In this document: one piece after another, positions 12,215 through 26,569 of the stretch | Position numbering within the stretch: the first letter of the stretch is position 1 | Layout: every line of letters begins with the position of its first letter | Source of the DNA: Anolis carolinensis | Taxonomy: Eukaryota | Direction of reading: 5' to 3' | DNA: 64,000 nt | Assembly: GCF_035594765.1 (NCBI RefSeq) | Contig: NC_085841.1 | Location: forward strand, 342,311,402-342,375,401 | Made by a program: the position numbers and the translations under genes | The notes under the pieces: generated by a model | What the model was told of the DNA's origin: nothing | The model's database searches: none | The model's input: the letters and a program-made list of their open reading frames with translations, nothing else

Positions 12215-12505
12215 AGGATCCTCCAGTATTGCAGTGAGTTAAACTGTGCCAGCAGGACTGATGACTTGAAGGTTGGGTTGCTGACCTAAAGCTTGCCGGT
12301 TCGAATCCAGCTCGGGGAAAATGCGGACAAGCTCCCTCCATCAGCTCCAGCTCCATGCGGGGATATGAGAGAAGCCTCCCACAAGGATGGTAAAAACATC
12401 AAAACCTCTGGGCGTCCTCTGGGCAACGTCCTTGCAGATGGCCAATTCTCTCACACCAGAAGTGACTTGCTGTTTCTCACGTTGTTCCTGACACACACAA
12501 AAAAC
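12215..12505 (+). mobile_element. tRNA-derived SINE (Anolis SINE2-like)
   Basis: B-box GGTTCGAATCC. Body shared with 38801, 41651, 46038 and 59837. A-rich tail. Confidence 0.85.
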
Positions 12506-13970
12506 CTGGTAAGCAGACAATACCCATGACTGCTACATAGGTAGAAACAAAACAATAACAAGATTCTATTTTCCCATCAAAATCTGCAAAGTTTCAAAAC
12601 TTTAGAGTATTATTTTGCCTTAACATATTTTTCTTGCATCACTCAGTCTCTTTAGGGCTGTAAAGGCACAGCAGGTTAAGATATAATTGAAAAATGTGCC
12701 TGGTGTTAAGAAATGAAATATAACCCCAGGTCTGGAGATTTAATAGAGAAGTTTAACAACATTATATCAGTGTTAATAACAGGACCGCAAAGCCATTAGC
12801 AAGAGGCGTTAATTCATTGCTTCTCCTTGATAGCTGCCAGCCTGTCTTCTCCCTTTGGCAAACGAATGCTGTTTGTGCCCATTTTCTGTTCAGCTAATTC
12901 CCATTAGTAAGATAAACATATGGATGAAGGCTCTTCTTTTTCTTTCCCTGTAAATGATTGCCGTTAACTGGTTGGCACTGAAAAATAACATTAAGTTTCA
13001 GAACTGGAAGCAGTGAAGAAACACATGAAGGGAATCTTGCAGGAATTACCAGGTTGAAACGAGAGGGTTACATAATTGGAGGAATGTGTCACTGTATTAA
13101 TGATGGGGTGAGGGGGGGGTAGGAGGGGGAGACCAGCTGAAACGTTTAGAACACCAGTTACAAACTGTCATGTAACGTTTGTTCTTACTGAACAAACTGC
13201 CAGAATCATGGGATTAAACTGGCTGTCACCCAGGCATGAAAAGCATGAAAATGAGCAGAGGGTGGCTCACTTTCAAGCCTTGGGCTTCCCTATTTTCCCA
13301 AGTGGCTAGACCACCCCGCATGCTCCAAAAATGTAATTGATTGGATGCCCGGTTTGTTTCAGGGCACTGGCATAGGTTGGGATGAGCCAACTCTTTTTTC
13401 TAGGGCATTTCTGAGAAGGATCATGTGGCAGCAACAGCACTGGTGATTGGTGGCTCCCATGTCAGTGGCATGTGAATCAATTCTAGGTTCTATTCTTGTT
13501 CTTAAATGAACTCTCCCTGGTACTGCATCCCAATACCACCTGGGTTCAGCACCATGGATAGTTCTTTTTAATGCCAATCAATTCCTGTTTGTTTCAACCA
13601 CCAAAGTTAGCTTGCTGCTGCAGGACCAGTGTTGACGACTACTCCAGGGCCGTCAGCTTCTCTAGGTACTGCATAATGGTGGTGACAGTGTTTTCCACAG
13701 CCAAAAACATGAGGTTCTTAACTTCCAGTACACCTTTTGCCCATAATCACATCACAACAAGGGGGGGGGGGTGTGAGAGAATCTTTTATTGTATGCAGCA
13801 AATAAATAAGGATGACAGGCTCCATAAAAACAGACACAAAGACCAAGGCAAAGCTTCAAACATTTACAGAATGTAGAAATGCATAAGTATCATGTTTTTC
13901 CATCACCACTACATTAATATTTCAAAGATAATATATCCTAGACATGCATATTGTGCTAGTTATATTTGCA

Positions 13971-14890
13971 CATAGAATCATAGAATAATAGAGTTGGAAG
14001 AGACCACTTGGGCCATTTAGTCCAACCCGCTGCCATGCAGGAAAAGCACAATCAAAATACCCCTGACAGATGGCCATAAAGCTTTTGTTTAAAAGCCTCC
14101 AAGGGAGGAGCTTCTACCACACTCTGAGGCAGAGAGTTCCACTGTTGAACAGCTCATATGTTCTGGAAGTTCTTCTTAATGTTCAGGTGGAATCTCCTTT
14201 CCTTTTATTAGAACCCATTGTTCCAAGTCCTAGTCATTAGGGCAGAAGAAAACAAACCTGCTCCCTCCTCCTTATGACATCATTTCAAATATTTAAATAT
14301 GGCGATCATGTCTCCTCTCAACCTTCTCTTCTGCAGGCTAAACATCCCCAGCTCTTTAAGCCACTCCTCATGGGGCATGATCTCCAGACCTTTGATAATT
14401 TAAGTCGCCCTCTTGTGGACACATTCCAGCATGTCAACATCCCTCTTGAATTGTGGTGCCCAGAATTGGATACAGTATTCCAGGTGAGGCCTGATCAAAG
14501 CAAAATAGAGAGACACCATGACTTCCCTTGATCTTGACCAATGATTCTCAGCCTGGGATCCCCAGATATTTTTGGTCTACAACTCCCAGAAATCCCAGCC
14601 AGTTTAGGTGTTAGGATTTCTGGGAGTTGAAGGCCAAAAACATCTGGGGACCCATTTGAGAACCGCTGATCTAGACACTATACTCCTTTTGATGCCACCC
14701 AAAATCCCATTGGCTTTTTAGCTGCTGCATCATACTCTTGGCGCATGTTCAACTTGTCCACGAAGAGTCCAAAATCTTTTTCACATACACTGTTGTCAAG
14801 CCAAGCGTCATCCATCCTGTATCTGTGCATTTCAGTTTTTTCTGCCTGTGAAGTTTTTTTCTGCCTAAACTTTCCCTTGTTGAAATTCAT
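13971..14890 (-). mobile_element. CR1 LINE 3' fragment, interrupted by a hAT MITE
   Basis: Inverted (ATTCTATG)n tail (CATAGAATCATAGAAT). Minus-strand RT remnants (HRYRMDDAWLDNSVCEKD..LNMRQEYDAAAKK). Confidence 0.85.
14539..14668. mobile_element. hAT MITE nested in CR1
   Basis: TIR CAATGATTCTCA / TGAGAACCGCTG. 8-bp TSD ATCTTGAC / ATCTAGAC. Confidence 0.82.
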
Positions 14891-14919
14891 TTCTGATTTT
14901 TTCAGTTTGATCATTGATA

Positions 14920-15830
14920 ATCTTTATCCTAATATTCTCCTGGTCTTGTTTTTGCAAAAAGGATGGAGCTTCTCAATCTTCCATTTCCTATTATTTAGTC
15001 TGTTTTCTTTCTTTTTTGGTCATCAGATGAAGCCTATGTATTTAATTTCTATGTTGCTTGAAGAATGCGCTCAGAATGAACACACTGTTGTCCTCACAAA
15101 ATTCAATCAGTCCTTCTCTTGCTTCATTTATTGGTGCTAGGTCAAATTCTCCAATAATGTTTGGTTCTGCTGTTTTCTACATCTGCAATCCAATCATGTA
15201 TGATTATCAATTTGTTTTGTTTTCATGTGCAATCCATTTCTTTTTGGACTCCAGTGCAGAATCTTTCAATTTCATTTTTAACTCTATAGTTGGGGCATAA
15301 AACTGGATTATTGTCATATTGGTGGGACTCCCCCAAAGTTTAAAAAGTATTACTTGATCAGACTTTGCATAATATCCTCCTGATTTTGCTACATCTTGCT
15401 TCACAATGGCCATGTTTCTTCTTAGACTGTTTTTCCCCCAAAGTAAAGTGTTTTGTTATTATCTGATTGACAATATTATATTCCTATCCACTTTAACTCA
15501 CTAACAAGTATTGCTAAATCTGTTCCATTTCTTGTTTTAAGATTTTTAGCTTTCTATGCTCCTCACATTCCATGTTTTTATTGCATGAGCTCTGTAGCTT
15601 TGGGTTTTCCTTTTATATCTGAGCATGTTAGCAGCTGAGCATCCTTTTAGCTTGAATCTAATTGCATCATTACCCACAATGCTACTCATTTTTGTCCTCT
15701 GTGCTTTCCCAATATCTGGATGAGTGCCTTCTGATCTGATAGAGTCTCATTAGCATTATCTTGTGCTTCATTTTGGATTGTCTCATCATGATTGGATTTT
15801 TGAAATAAAAAGCATTCAGGAATGGTTAGC
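14920..15830 (-). mobile_element. Degenerate RTE/BovB-type LINE, 5'/endonuclease part
   Basis: Minus strand reads IKTWNVRS (~15560-15585) and NMTIIQFYAPT (ORF 15207-15413), which are RTE APE endonuclease motifs. Confidence 0.7.
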
Positions 15831-16389
15831 TATTGCCTTCCTTTGCTCAGTACCAGCTAAAGTGCCACTACTATTGTCTCTAAAAGATCCTCCACCAGTG
15901 TCACTCACCACTATTTCTACTGTTTGGCACATTTAGTCTGGCTTTTCAACAAAACCCTGTCTGATAAGGCAGCATTTAGCAGCAACAGTGCTGCCATCAG
16001 AACAACCCCTTGCCTCAATTAAGCATGTAATCCCTTACACACAGAAATATCATGCTTAGGTGAGTAATTAGGTTTGTTTCCAATAGATTCAGCTGGTCCT
16101 TTGAAACGCTACTGTTCAATAATGAGGTTACCATAGTATTGTAGATTCACCATAATTTCCACCTTCTGAGAGGCTCCAAAGTTGTTTGAATTTCAGTTTA
16201 ATTAAGTTTCGCCCTCCCTTCTTGCTAGTGTCATGGAACAGCCTAAGTACTTTGGGGATTTCTGCATAGTTTCCTATACCATATACAATATCCTGTATAA
16301 ATGTATGGGTCCTAGAGCAAATTAGGCCTATAATCAATAGATGCTAACATGACTAATTGAAGCTACAATACTTTGAACCTGCCGGGAGA

Positions 16390-16577
16390 TGACATGTCAA
16401 CAAAAATGGAAAACAGTAGAAAAAAAAGGAAAGCCACATTGCAAGGGGATTGAGTCAATCCTGGGAACCATAGCTCTGAATTTGCAAGATGTGAGCAGGG
16501 CAGTTGATAACAGGGACTGTTGGTGATTCATAGGGTCACCATAAGGTGGAACTTACTTGACAGCAAATAACAACAAA
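16390..16577 (+). mobile_element. RTE LINE 3' end
   Basis: ..GAGCAGGGCAGTTGAT..ATTCATAGGGTCACCATAAG..ACTTGACAGCAAATAACAACAA tail. Related pieces at ~32995-33190 and ~44125-44210. Confidence 0.6.
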
Positions 16578-18364
16578 CACTAAAGAGAAACAAAAGAGAT
16601 GTTACTCAGATGGCTGAACACACATCATGCATACATAACGTCTCAGGGTCAATTGTTTAGTTCTCTGGCTAAACGAATCAGGCAGCAGGTGAGAAGAATA
16701 AAATGTGTGCTTGACAGCAAGGAGAACTGAATTTGTCAATGTTACTTTTTTGAACACCATCACACCATAAAACTAGTCTGATTTTTCAGGGACACTTCTA
16801 ATTAATCCTCTGACATCCCACTTTTTCATCTTTTTAAGTTTCCAAGTTTTCTTTTCCTATTCTAGTTTTCTCCTTTGTCTTCATCTTACCCCAGTTGCTG
16901 AAAATGAGTTCAGTTCAAAACTAGTTTGCATTCAGTTAACTCAAGCCGCTTCCAGACAACACTTAAAGCAGTAGTCCCAGAACTACAGAGGGGTCTGTCC
17001 TCAGAAGGCCCATATTCCATTAGACCCGGATTTTTTTTAGGAATACCCAAGTCTAATGGAGTATCAAATTAATTCAGGACAAAGCAAGGCTTTCCTGCTT
17101 CATCTCGAATTAATTCAGTTTTACTGGAGACCTTGTTTGTGTGCGTCCTTTAAATCCGTGAGAGCTCCTGTGTTATGGACCCTGTTTGGATGGACCCCCA
17201 GAAGGTTAATTTAATAGGAGAGAAGAAAAGGAACATGAATATTCATTTTCCTATTAGGTTTGGATAAAGGCAAACTGCTGTAACATCTCCTTGTTTGTCT
17301 ATTCTTCCTCATTGATAACTTTTGCCATCTTGACCACAGTCTGATGCTGCTTGGCCTCAATTGTTCCAGTTTTAATCTGTAAAATGTTGGAGTTTCTTCT
17401 ACAGCTCCCAGAATACCTCAAGCAGTATATGGACAAATATCAGACAGCTCCCTTTATTCCTATGAAAGGTACAGTGGATAGATTGGAGAATTTGTGAGCT
17501 CATCCCTGCTTCACTCTACCAAATGTGCTTAGGATCAAAGAATGACATTTCTTTTTCCATATTCTTTAATTTGAACATTGTAATTCTTAATGAAGCAGAC
17601 AGTCTTTAGAGGCACGCCAAGCAACATAATCATACTGACTAAAATCATAGGCAGCTACTATATTTGGCTAGTCAGATCCACAACTGGTATAAACAGATTT
17701 GACTTAAAAGTCTTCAGTGGAGTTATGTTAATCTAGAGCAATCTTCTCTTCTGCAGGAGACAGACTGTGCCAAAATAAACTGGAAATCAATGAGAGTTTT
17801 TAAGAGGATGAAGTTCAGTATATTTGACATGCAAAATACATATGCAATGAGTTGAAGAATTACCAGGTTCTTTTTTCATACTTTCTACATAAACCTAGGA
17901 GAGAAAGGGATTGTCTTCACTTGTTCCAATTATAAAACATTTGGAGTTCTGCTCCTCAGTGTTCTGTACAACTTGTGGCCATCCAAATGTCTCTTCTCAC
18001 AGCCCGTAGCAGCCCTGATAATTAACTTTGCTGGCTGGGGCTGGAGTCCAAACTATGTGGAGACCCCCAATTTGGGGAAGTCTGCTCTGTAAGTCTATTT
18101 CTTATCTTTTATAAATAATAACTGGAAGTGTCCCTGGGCTGAAGATATGGATTCTACTCCTGCTATTTAAACTGTTGCATTTTAAGACATATATATTTAT
18201 CTATGTTTAAAGGCAGGTGAAAATCAGATGCTGAGAAGAAGTAGAATTATTGCCTTCAAATTCAATGTGCATGTTTCATGGAAGACAGACTGGTCATTGA
18301 TGGGTGTAGAGTTTTAGCAGGACTGGCTCTGGGCCTTTCCTTCTTGAAGCAAAGTATAACAAGT

Positions 18365-18870
18365 TTTCAGAGTCAGCTCAACAGCCATTTTAGTCAGGAG
18401 ACATTGAGATATTGCTAAAATACATAATCAAAACACATAATCATTAAAAAAACTGAGTAGAATACACAAATTAAAATGTATTTCCATAAAATACATTTAA
18501 AATATACAAAACAAAAGCTAGACATAGGATGGAAGTTTAAAATTTATCATTAAAACTGTCTGGGTAAGCCTGCCAGAAGGAATAGATCTTCACTTGTGTC
18601 TTAAATTCCAACATCTGATCTAGCTGTCGGAGCTCTACTGGCAGGTTGTTTCACAGTCATGGAGCTGTCAATGAAAAGGTCCTCTGGGTGATGGTTGCCA
18701 GTCAGGTTCTGGCAGGCTGAAGCAGATGCAACTCAGAGGACCTCAGTGGTTGGGGTGGATTATACGGGAGAAGGCAATCCTGTAGGTAACCTGGACCCAA
18801 ACCATGCAGGGCTTTAAAGGTCAATACCAACAACTTATACTTTGCCCGGAAACTAATTGGAAGCTAGAGG
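18365..18870 (-). mobile_element. Old L2 LINE 3' fragment
   Basis: Inverse similarity to the L2 C-terminal region at 28180-28490 (GGCTTTAAAGGTCAATACC, CCAAACCATGCAGGGC). Confidence 0.65.
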
Positions 18871-21532
18871 AGTAGTTACATCCTCTATCAAATCTGAGAA
18901 CTACAAGATAACTTGGGAAATATGATCTCTCTATGAAGCATCCATAATATTATCTTCCCAAAAACCCACAGTTGCTTCTCTACATCTGGGACTTAAAAGT
19001 TAGATGCCTAACAATCAAGTTGGCCGTTGATATGTTGAACTAAAGACTTGTGTGTGTTCATCTTTTTTCACTCCAAACTATATATGACTAAAAGCTGCTT
19101 GTTCTGCATAACATTTGCATATGTTAATTCATATATAGAGACATAAAATTAGAACTTGTTACTATAACCTAAATATAAGTATGGTACATCTCACCATTAT
19201 GAGCAAGACTGTGAAAAACTGACTGCCCTTTGCGACTGCTGTATATGCTTTCTACGTGTTAGTTGTTGATGAGTAACTCTTTGGCCTCTTATCTCATGGT
19301 TCTTGATTTTTAAACTGGCCTTCAACTTGGCAGTGTTAAAGCTTTTGTCAGTTCCTTAAATAAAAAAGCTAAGAGGAAACAATTAACCAAGAAAGTAATC
19401 CCCTGCCACCAATTAATGTAGCTCTCGAGAGCTGCATCATTTCATTGTTCCATTCTGCAGCTGATAATCGAAAACTATCCTATCCATAACAGCAGCATTT
19501 GAAATATTGGTTCTTCCACACATTTCTTAATGGTCCAAGAATACATGATGTTTGCAATGTATGTTTTGTTGAGTAAAATCTGTGTGATGCATCTTTTCAT
19601 GTCGGTAGAAATGTATTTCTTTAAGGCTGTAAACAGAAGTAATAGTGAGAAATTTCACCACAGAACTAGCCTAATATCTATATTGAAAAAATACTGTTGA
19701 AATCATGTTTAAATACAACAAAGGTTTAATTTCAATTCCAAAATTAGAGGATCTGCATGTATCTATCTCCAGTATGATCCCCATACCTTCTGAGGCAGTA
19801 CATGCTGTTTCATCAACAAATTATGTCCTCTCTAGGAATTTTCTAAGTCCTCCAGGATGACTGTATGGTGATTTCTGGTAGATGTAATTTGTTTCAACCG
19901 GATTTGTCTGGATTTCCTGTTTCCATGGTAAGTTCAGGAAATCATTCCTTTGGATTCCAGGGTCATACTATAGTATCTGTGTCAATATCTAAATCTATAG
20001 ATAAGAAATAAACTGGATCACTATCCTGGCACATACTTTGCAGAATCATCCCCACCTTTTAGTAGAGTGAGACATGCACTTCAAGCAGCAAATCTGCAAT
20101 GTCAGGAAAAATCTGAAAATTGTTAGTTACTTAATTTCATGGCATGTGGGGAGGAGAAGAGGCACTTGTGGGATTTTCTATTCCAGAACAGCCTGGCTGA
20201 CATCAGCTACTATTTACTTTGGTGTTGATGTGTGTATGCATGCACAGTAACGAGGAATACATTTATATGCCTTAAGTCCGAGACAGAAAAATGGTTTGAG
20301 TGGATCCTGACATTTGAACAATATGAGATGCATATCACAAGCTACCATATGATAGGACAGCCAATATCTGGGTTTATAGTGTTGTGTCAACCTTGCCAGA
20401 AAATCTAGAAGGCAGAAACAAAACAAAATACAAAGAGTACTCTAGGGATAGTTATATAGGGCATAATGTTCATCAAGCACTGTTTTAACATTTAAACAGC
20501 ACATCCCTTACAACCAGCAAAGAATTCCAGACTACACTGACCTGGGTCATGGAAACAAATAACTCATCCAGGGGGTTTGCACAGAGAACAAAACAGAATC
20601 TCCTCCCTTATGCTTACTTTCAACATTGGAAAGATGGAGGTTTCAAATTTTTCACTAGGTTTGCACAGGACTTTTGTGAATAAGACCACCAAGATGACTC
20701 TATCTCAAAAGTCTGAAGGCACTCAGGGGTTGCATTCAATGGTGTTCATCCACCCACAGAAAATTGTATGCTTGCAAAATTTGTAGCTGACTAATATTTT
20801 CCGGAATGTTATAGGGTCCTCCAAATCAGTGCAGAGAAGAATACAGAAAGGAAGAAGGCCCACTGTGTAAACCAAGGTCCTTGTGAAGTCAGATGTACTC
20901 CAAAGAAAGAGGCTTGATTCAAAACAACCTTTAAAAATATTTGAATTTTATTCTGAAGGAAATAAGCTTACATGGCCAGGAATGATATACAGATGAAACA
21001 AAGTTTCTTTGTGTTCCAGCAAGCAATCCCTTCATGTTTCTACAATCCTTTATACAAAGACACTTGTCAGAATATAAATCAAAGCATTTACAGCACACCC
21101 CATGCCACAGGGGATTTTTCCCTTTTCTTTTCAAGTTGGAAATAGAGCCTTCCCACTTACTGAGCTTGTATACTTACTAAGTAAACATATGAGTAGGCTT
21201 GTGATAGGATGGATTATATGTGATCTCTTTAATGAGTGTGAGAGACAAGCTACATAAATAGGAGATGTCATGGTGTATGGAATCATTTAATTTTGAAGAG
21301 AGGGGAGAAAAACAAGAATAGAAAGCAAGTACGATGGGGAGAAGGGATCTTGATTGGTCTCCCTGCTGATTTATATTCCATATTTTAGATGCCATTTCAG
21401 AAGTGTTCTTTCTATTCACTTTCTGTCTAACATCAGAATGGCCTCTGAAGGATAGGCCCAGGTAAATGAACCTGACTTCACCAGCTTTTATGAAATTTTA
21501 TGAAAGTCCCCATAAGCTGAGAGTCTCTAGAC

Positions 21533-21667
21533 CAGTGGTTCTCAATCTGTGGTCCCCAGATATATTGGTCTTCAACTCCCAGAAAGCCTAACAGCTGGTA
21601 AACTGGTTGAGTTTTCTGGGAGTTGTAGGTCAAAAACACCTGGGGACTCACAGGTTGAGAACCACTG
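21533..21667. mobile_element. hAT MITE (same family as 14539)
   Basis: TIR CAGTGGTTCTCAA / TTGAGAACCACTG; internal palindrome. Confidence 0.85.
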
Positions 21668-23560
21668 CTTTAAATAGAATATTTGTGATGACATGCCGAA
21701 GCCTTTGGGAAAACTATAGTGTCTGGCTTTACTTGGGGGCTATCTGTATACCTTCTGTTAAGATCAAGACCCTTAACATACTGAGGCACTTTAGGCAAGA
21801 TGAAAGTTAGTCAAAATGAGTTTACTGAAAACAGGAAGAACAAAGGGCTAACTCCAACCGGGACTATTGTAAAATAGCTTAAAACAATACATTATGAGAT
21901 GAGATTTTTCTGGTTGTAGTCATCTCTCTGGAATCCTTGAAAGTCTTTTCCCTCTGTAAAGCAATGGATTATAAGCTGATGCTTATAAGATGTCTTGGTC
22001 TTCTACTTCATGAAACTTGGGCTGACCACAAGCTTCTGTTGTCTCTGGGACTGATGGTATATAAATACTACTAAATGCAGATTTTAGTGCTAAGGATGCC
22101 TGTTTGGATTGCTAGGCCTAGGATTTCCAGACAGTGTCCAGGCCTCTAAACACTGTAGCTCTATTGCAGAAAGAAAAAGGAGTCTAGCAAGAAAGCTCTG
22201 AACAGGCAAAAGGACTAAACCAACTAAGGCTGGCCTCTAGGGGTTTTTTTAAGCTCCACCCAAAAACTAATACAAATGGAGGCAGCTAAACTATTGGGAA
22301 AACCTAAACAGAAGGAACTGAAACAAAGGAGAGTAAAAAGCAAAGCAAAGACTTCACAATATTTCACAACTTGGGTACCAGCACCAAAAATAATCTTGTC
22401 TCAATTCATCATGTGCTTGGCATTGAAGGTGATAGCCAATTCCCATTTTGAAAAACAGGGAGATTTCTTGGGATCAAACACAGCACATTTTCTTTTTGGG
22501 CAGAGCCACACCAATTAATAAATATATCACCAGTAAATACACCAATAAATAAATATACTTCCCAATTCTCTACCCCAACGCATGTCAAGATTCACTTGAA
22601 AAAGCATGCGGTTTTTGAGTCTGTGTTTAAGGCATTCTGACAGCCTGTGAGTTATTGGTATGCAAGAAACTGACAATCATTTTTAAATATTTCTAGTGCA
22701 TACAGGCTCAGTTTCATTGCCAAATAAATTTCAGAAAATGTCTTTGGGATACAGAAAAGTTTTTCGTATTGATAGTATTCTACCTTTCTTTGCTGACTTT
22801 GCATTATTTATACTGTCCTTCTGTTGCCTGGATGCATTTATTAGGAAACAGTGAAAAGTTGCCTGATACATTAGAGTCAGGTATGACAGCCTTTTGGTTG
22901 GAGACAAAAATATCTCTCCTCTGTCACAAATCACCTTTCTCATTTATAGGATGGATGGATGGATGGATGGAGGGCTACAGCTTTGTACATATTCACTGCA
23001 CCTTTACAACTGCTTCAATAAAGCTGTCCAAGTGGTCAAAATTATCAGAATACAAATTTGACTGCTCTGATTTGGCTCTATGGTTCTCCCACTCAGTGAA
23101 GTTTGAACATGGAGCAAGATTGTAGATCACACTCCTTGTTTCCTGGTGAAATAACAAAACAAAAACAAAAAAGCAGCAGCTCTATTCTAGACATACATAT
23201 ATGCAAAGTTCATCCTTCTCTTGAACATTACTCAACAAGATAGAACCCAGAGATATGGTAAAAAATAAATGGTCAGCAAAGTGGCTTACTGTTTTTGTGT
23301 GTTTAAAATCAACTTCCTTTTCCAGCTATTTTTCCCCAGAACTTCTTGCAACACCATCAAATTTTAGTGGTCTACACTGCTTTGTTCTTTCATTGTCCTC
23401 ACAGTACTTTGTAACATCATTTGTTGAGTCATGGTGTTTTAACTAATTAAATCTTTCGGAGTCTTTTGGATAGGTGGGATGAGACTTTTGAGGTTGCTTC
23501 TGAATGTAGCTGCAATCTTCTAAATAGTGTGTGTGTTTTCCAGGATCTCAGTTATTTGAA

Positions 23561-23571
23561 ATAATAATAAT

Positions 23572-23608
<37 letters not shown>
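23561..23608. repeat. (ATA)n(ATC)n microsatellite adjoining an inverted LINE 3' end
   Basis: Direct reading of the sequence. Confidence 0.85.
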
Positions 23609-23779
23609 TTTATTTATACCCCGCCACCATCTCCCCTAAGGGACTCAGAGTGGCTCACAAAAGCATTCAATAGTGGACATTCATGGGTATTTGGTTAATT
23701 ACTTAAAATTCATGAGTAAACCAGGTTTTTTTAAACCTGAAAATTTGGAGGGGGGGTTGAACCCCTATCTGCAGGGATT

Positions 23780-24060
23780 TACAAGATGAAGCAAACTTGT
23801 TTTGCTGCAGCTTTAAAGATTACAACACATATCAATAGATTCAAATTACAAGAAAAAAATTCTATCAAAATGTTAGGCAAAGGTTTTTGACTGTAAGAAC
23901 TATTCAACAGTAGAATAGATTGCCTTGGTGTCAGTGGATTCTTCTTCTTCGGAGGTCTTTTCACAGAGGTTGTACAGGCATATTTCAGGAATACTCTAGT
24001 TGCATATTCTTGCATGACAGAAAGTTGTACTAGATGTCCTGTTATAGTCCTTTTGACTGT
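23780..24060 (+). mobile_element. Old CR1 3' fragment
   Basis: Similar to 52480-52760 (AATAGATTCAAATTACAAGAAAA..GGAGGTCTTTTCACAGAGGTTG). Confidence 0.6.
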
Positions 24061-26569
24061 AATCATACCACTATTGACATTATGTTAAACATATGTGCTA
24101 CACTTTAATGACCTGTATCATTTTGTTGTTAATATCATGATGCTATGTCTGGTTTGGTTGACTTCATGGTAACCCATCAATGAAGTCATGCCAGTTATTG
24201 ATGGCTGCTATCAAGGACTGTGAAAGTTACCTCTGGCTGTAGTTTCTGGTTTATTTTTAGAAGGACTTACAGTTATAAAGCAACCATACCATTTCTGGAG
24301 GCTTTTGGAAACAGTGGTTGTTTTTATTGTAGCTTTTTCGCAGGAAATTAATCTCCTAAAATGTATTGGGAAAGGGGAAGAACTTTTGGGGAAGATCCCA
24401 GGGGCTTTGGAGGCTGCAAAATGTGATTGAGGTTAAATGTGATTCAAAGGCTGTACTTTCTCAATTTGGTACAGTATTTTTCTGATAATTTATTTAGCTG
24501 TGCCTAGTGGGTTCTTTTCAAAGAAAATGCTAAACATTGTGCACCCTTAGCAAACACAAAGATCAGAAAACTTATTTTGCTATTGGAGTTCACACAAACT
24601 CAGAAGATTGATTGTGAAGTACTTCTGAAAAGCTGTTACAGGAAAAGTGATGCTGTGCAAAAAACCCCTGGTGATTCCCCTCTGAGGTAGTCATCCTTAT
24701 CAATCTTGCTTTACTAAGATGGAAACAGTCTGGGCTACCCAGGGACAGGCACTAGACCAGAGCTGCATCTTTTCAAATATTCCAAACGGAAGTGCAGGTG
24801 GCACTAGAGATACCCATACATGTCTAATAGTGGCTTTAAAATGTTGATGTTTCATTAAAATTATGTCTAGGTTACTATTTCTCTCTACCCCGCAAATCCT
24901 GCCTTTAAGTAAAACAGAAGATTTTGTTGGGAAAGCCAGGCTTGCTCACTCATCTGCAGGGATCCGCTTTTGGGGTAAGCACTGTGTGGATTGATTTGTG
25001 ATGCATGTCCCTTAGCCGAGCTCTGATGCCTAATCCTTCAGGGAACAGAACATTTACATTCAACTGACCTAGTTGAGGTGTGAGAAATATTAATTTTAAA
25101 TTATGCAAAATGCTTCCAATAGATGAGAGTAGAAAGCAGCGGTGCCTATTTGCATTCCCTGCCTGCTAAAAAGTGAAAACCAACTTTTACATAAGGTATT
25201 TGGAAATGGAAACGCACTTAATGGAGAGTTTGTTCATGTAAATCTACTTACAGATGCATCTTATACACATTTTTTAAAAAAGGTTCCATCAGCTTGATTC
25301 TTCTGCCTATGGGCACATTTTTACCCTTTTGGATAAGAGGGTATTCCATGACATTTATTGTCAGGCATCATCAAATGATAATGGGCAGGCAAGTGTGAGA
25401 GGCATGGAGCTGCATTACCCCACCTTTCCCAAAACCTTACCATGTTTTGGCCCCTTCCCCTGGCCATTGTAGGTTCCTGAAAGACTTAAAAACAAAACAA
25501 AAAACAAACAACTGGGATTAAAATGGCCCAATAGTACAAAAACATGGCAAAACACTATCCTGATATCAAAACAACAGTTGGGGTTTTGATCTTTGGGGCC
25601 CAGTATTGTCTGCAGACCTCATTTTGGACAGTCTTGGTTTATGAAAGGATTTTGCTTTTCTTAGAATAGATTTTCACTTATGACATTAAACCCCCAGAAT
25701 CCAACTGGGTATACACACAGCTAAACCTATATCTCATTCTGCCCAGTGAAAGGCTCAATGCTAACCCAATTGCTTCATCTATTCCAGTAATGGTTACTTT
25801 GACTAAAGGCCCTTCCACAGAAAGTCAGAAGGTGCATTATAGAGATCCGATTTGCTCTTGGGTGCCCACAAAAGCACCATATTAATTGGCTGCAAGATAT
25901 AAAAGAGTCCACACAATGTCACTATCATAAGTCTCTATAATGAACATTCTGATAACAGCTCAGACAAATTCAAGGTTTCTCTCTTTTTTTTCTTAACAGG
26001 CATAAGGCCTGTTTACATTTGCATTCTGTAGTTGGCATTTGGCTCCTTCCTGTGGTGCAATTATACATAGGACGGATTCAGCAGATTGTACATGTTATGG
26101 CTTAAACTGGGATTTCTGGTGAGTTTTTTTTTTTAAATGACTCTGTTTTTGGCTGATTTCGTTTTGGAGCTCACATTGGGGGCTTCAAGCTGGATATTAC
26201 CCCCTGGGTAGATGGGGCCTATAGTTGGATTTGCATTATATGGGTCAACAGTGACCATATAATACAGATTCAAATTGTGTTATATGGCAATGTATTTCTA
26301 TGCTAAGGCTGCTTCCACATAACTATTTAGCATGGGCCAGGATGTAGATTTTAGAAATCTGGAAATCAGTTTGCTTCGGAATGCACCCCAAGAAACGGCT
26401 GAAAACTCCCATGGAGTTTGTCTGCAGGAGAGCCAGACAAGAGAGAGCAATTTAGCATTCTTATTCTTGCCATGTTTACCTTCTCCCCAAGCTGTTTATC
26501 CGGATTCTGTCTGCAACTCCTGAAGTTTTAATCCTGTCCTGACAAGCACTCCGAATGCATCTTCCTAGT

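Noticed and set aside
12293-12529. Recurrent similar short ORFs and tRNA-like B-boxes (also 38955, 41720, 45975)
   Set aside because: SINE copies, not genes or functional tRNAs; no full cloverleaf.
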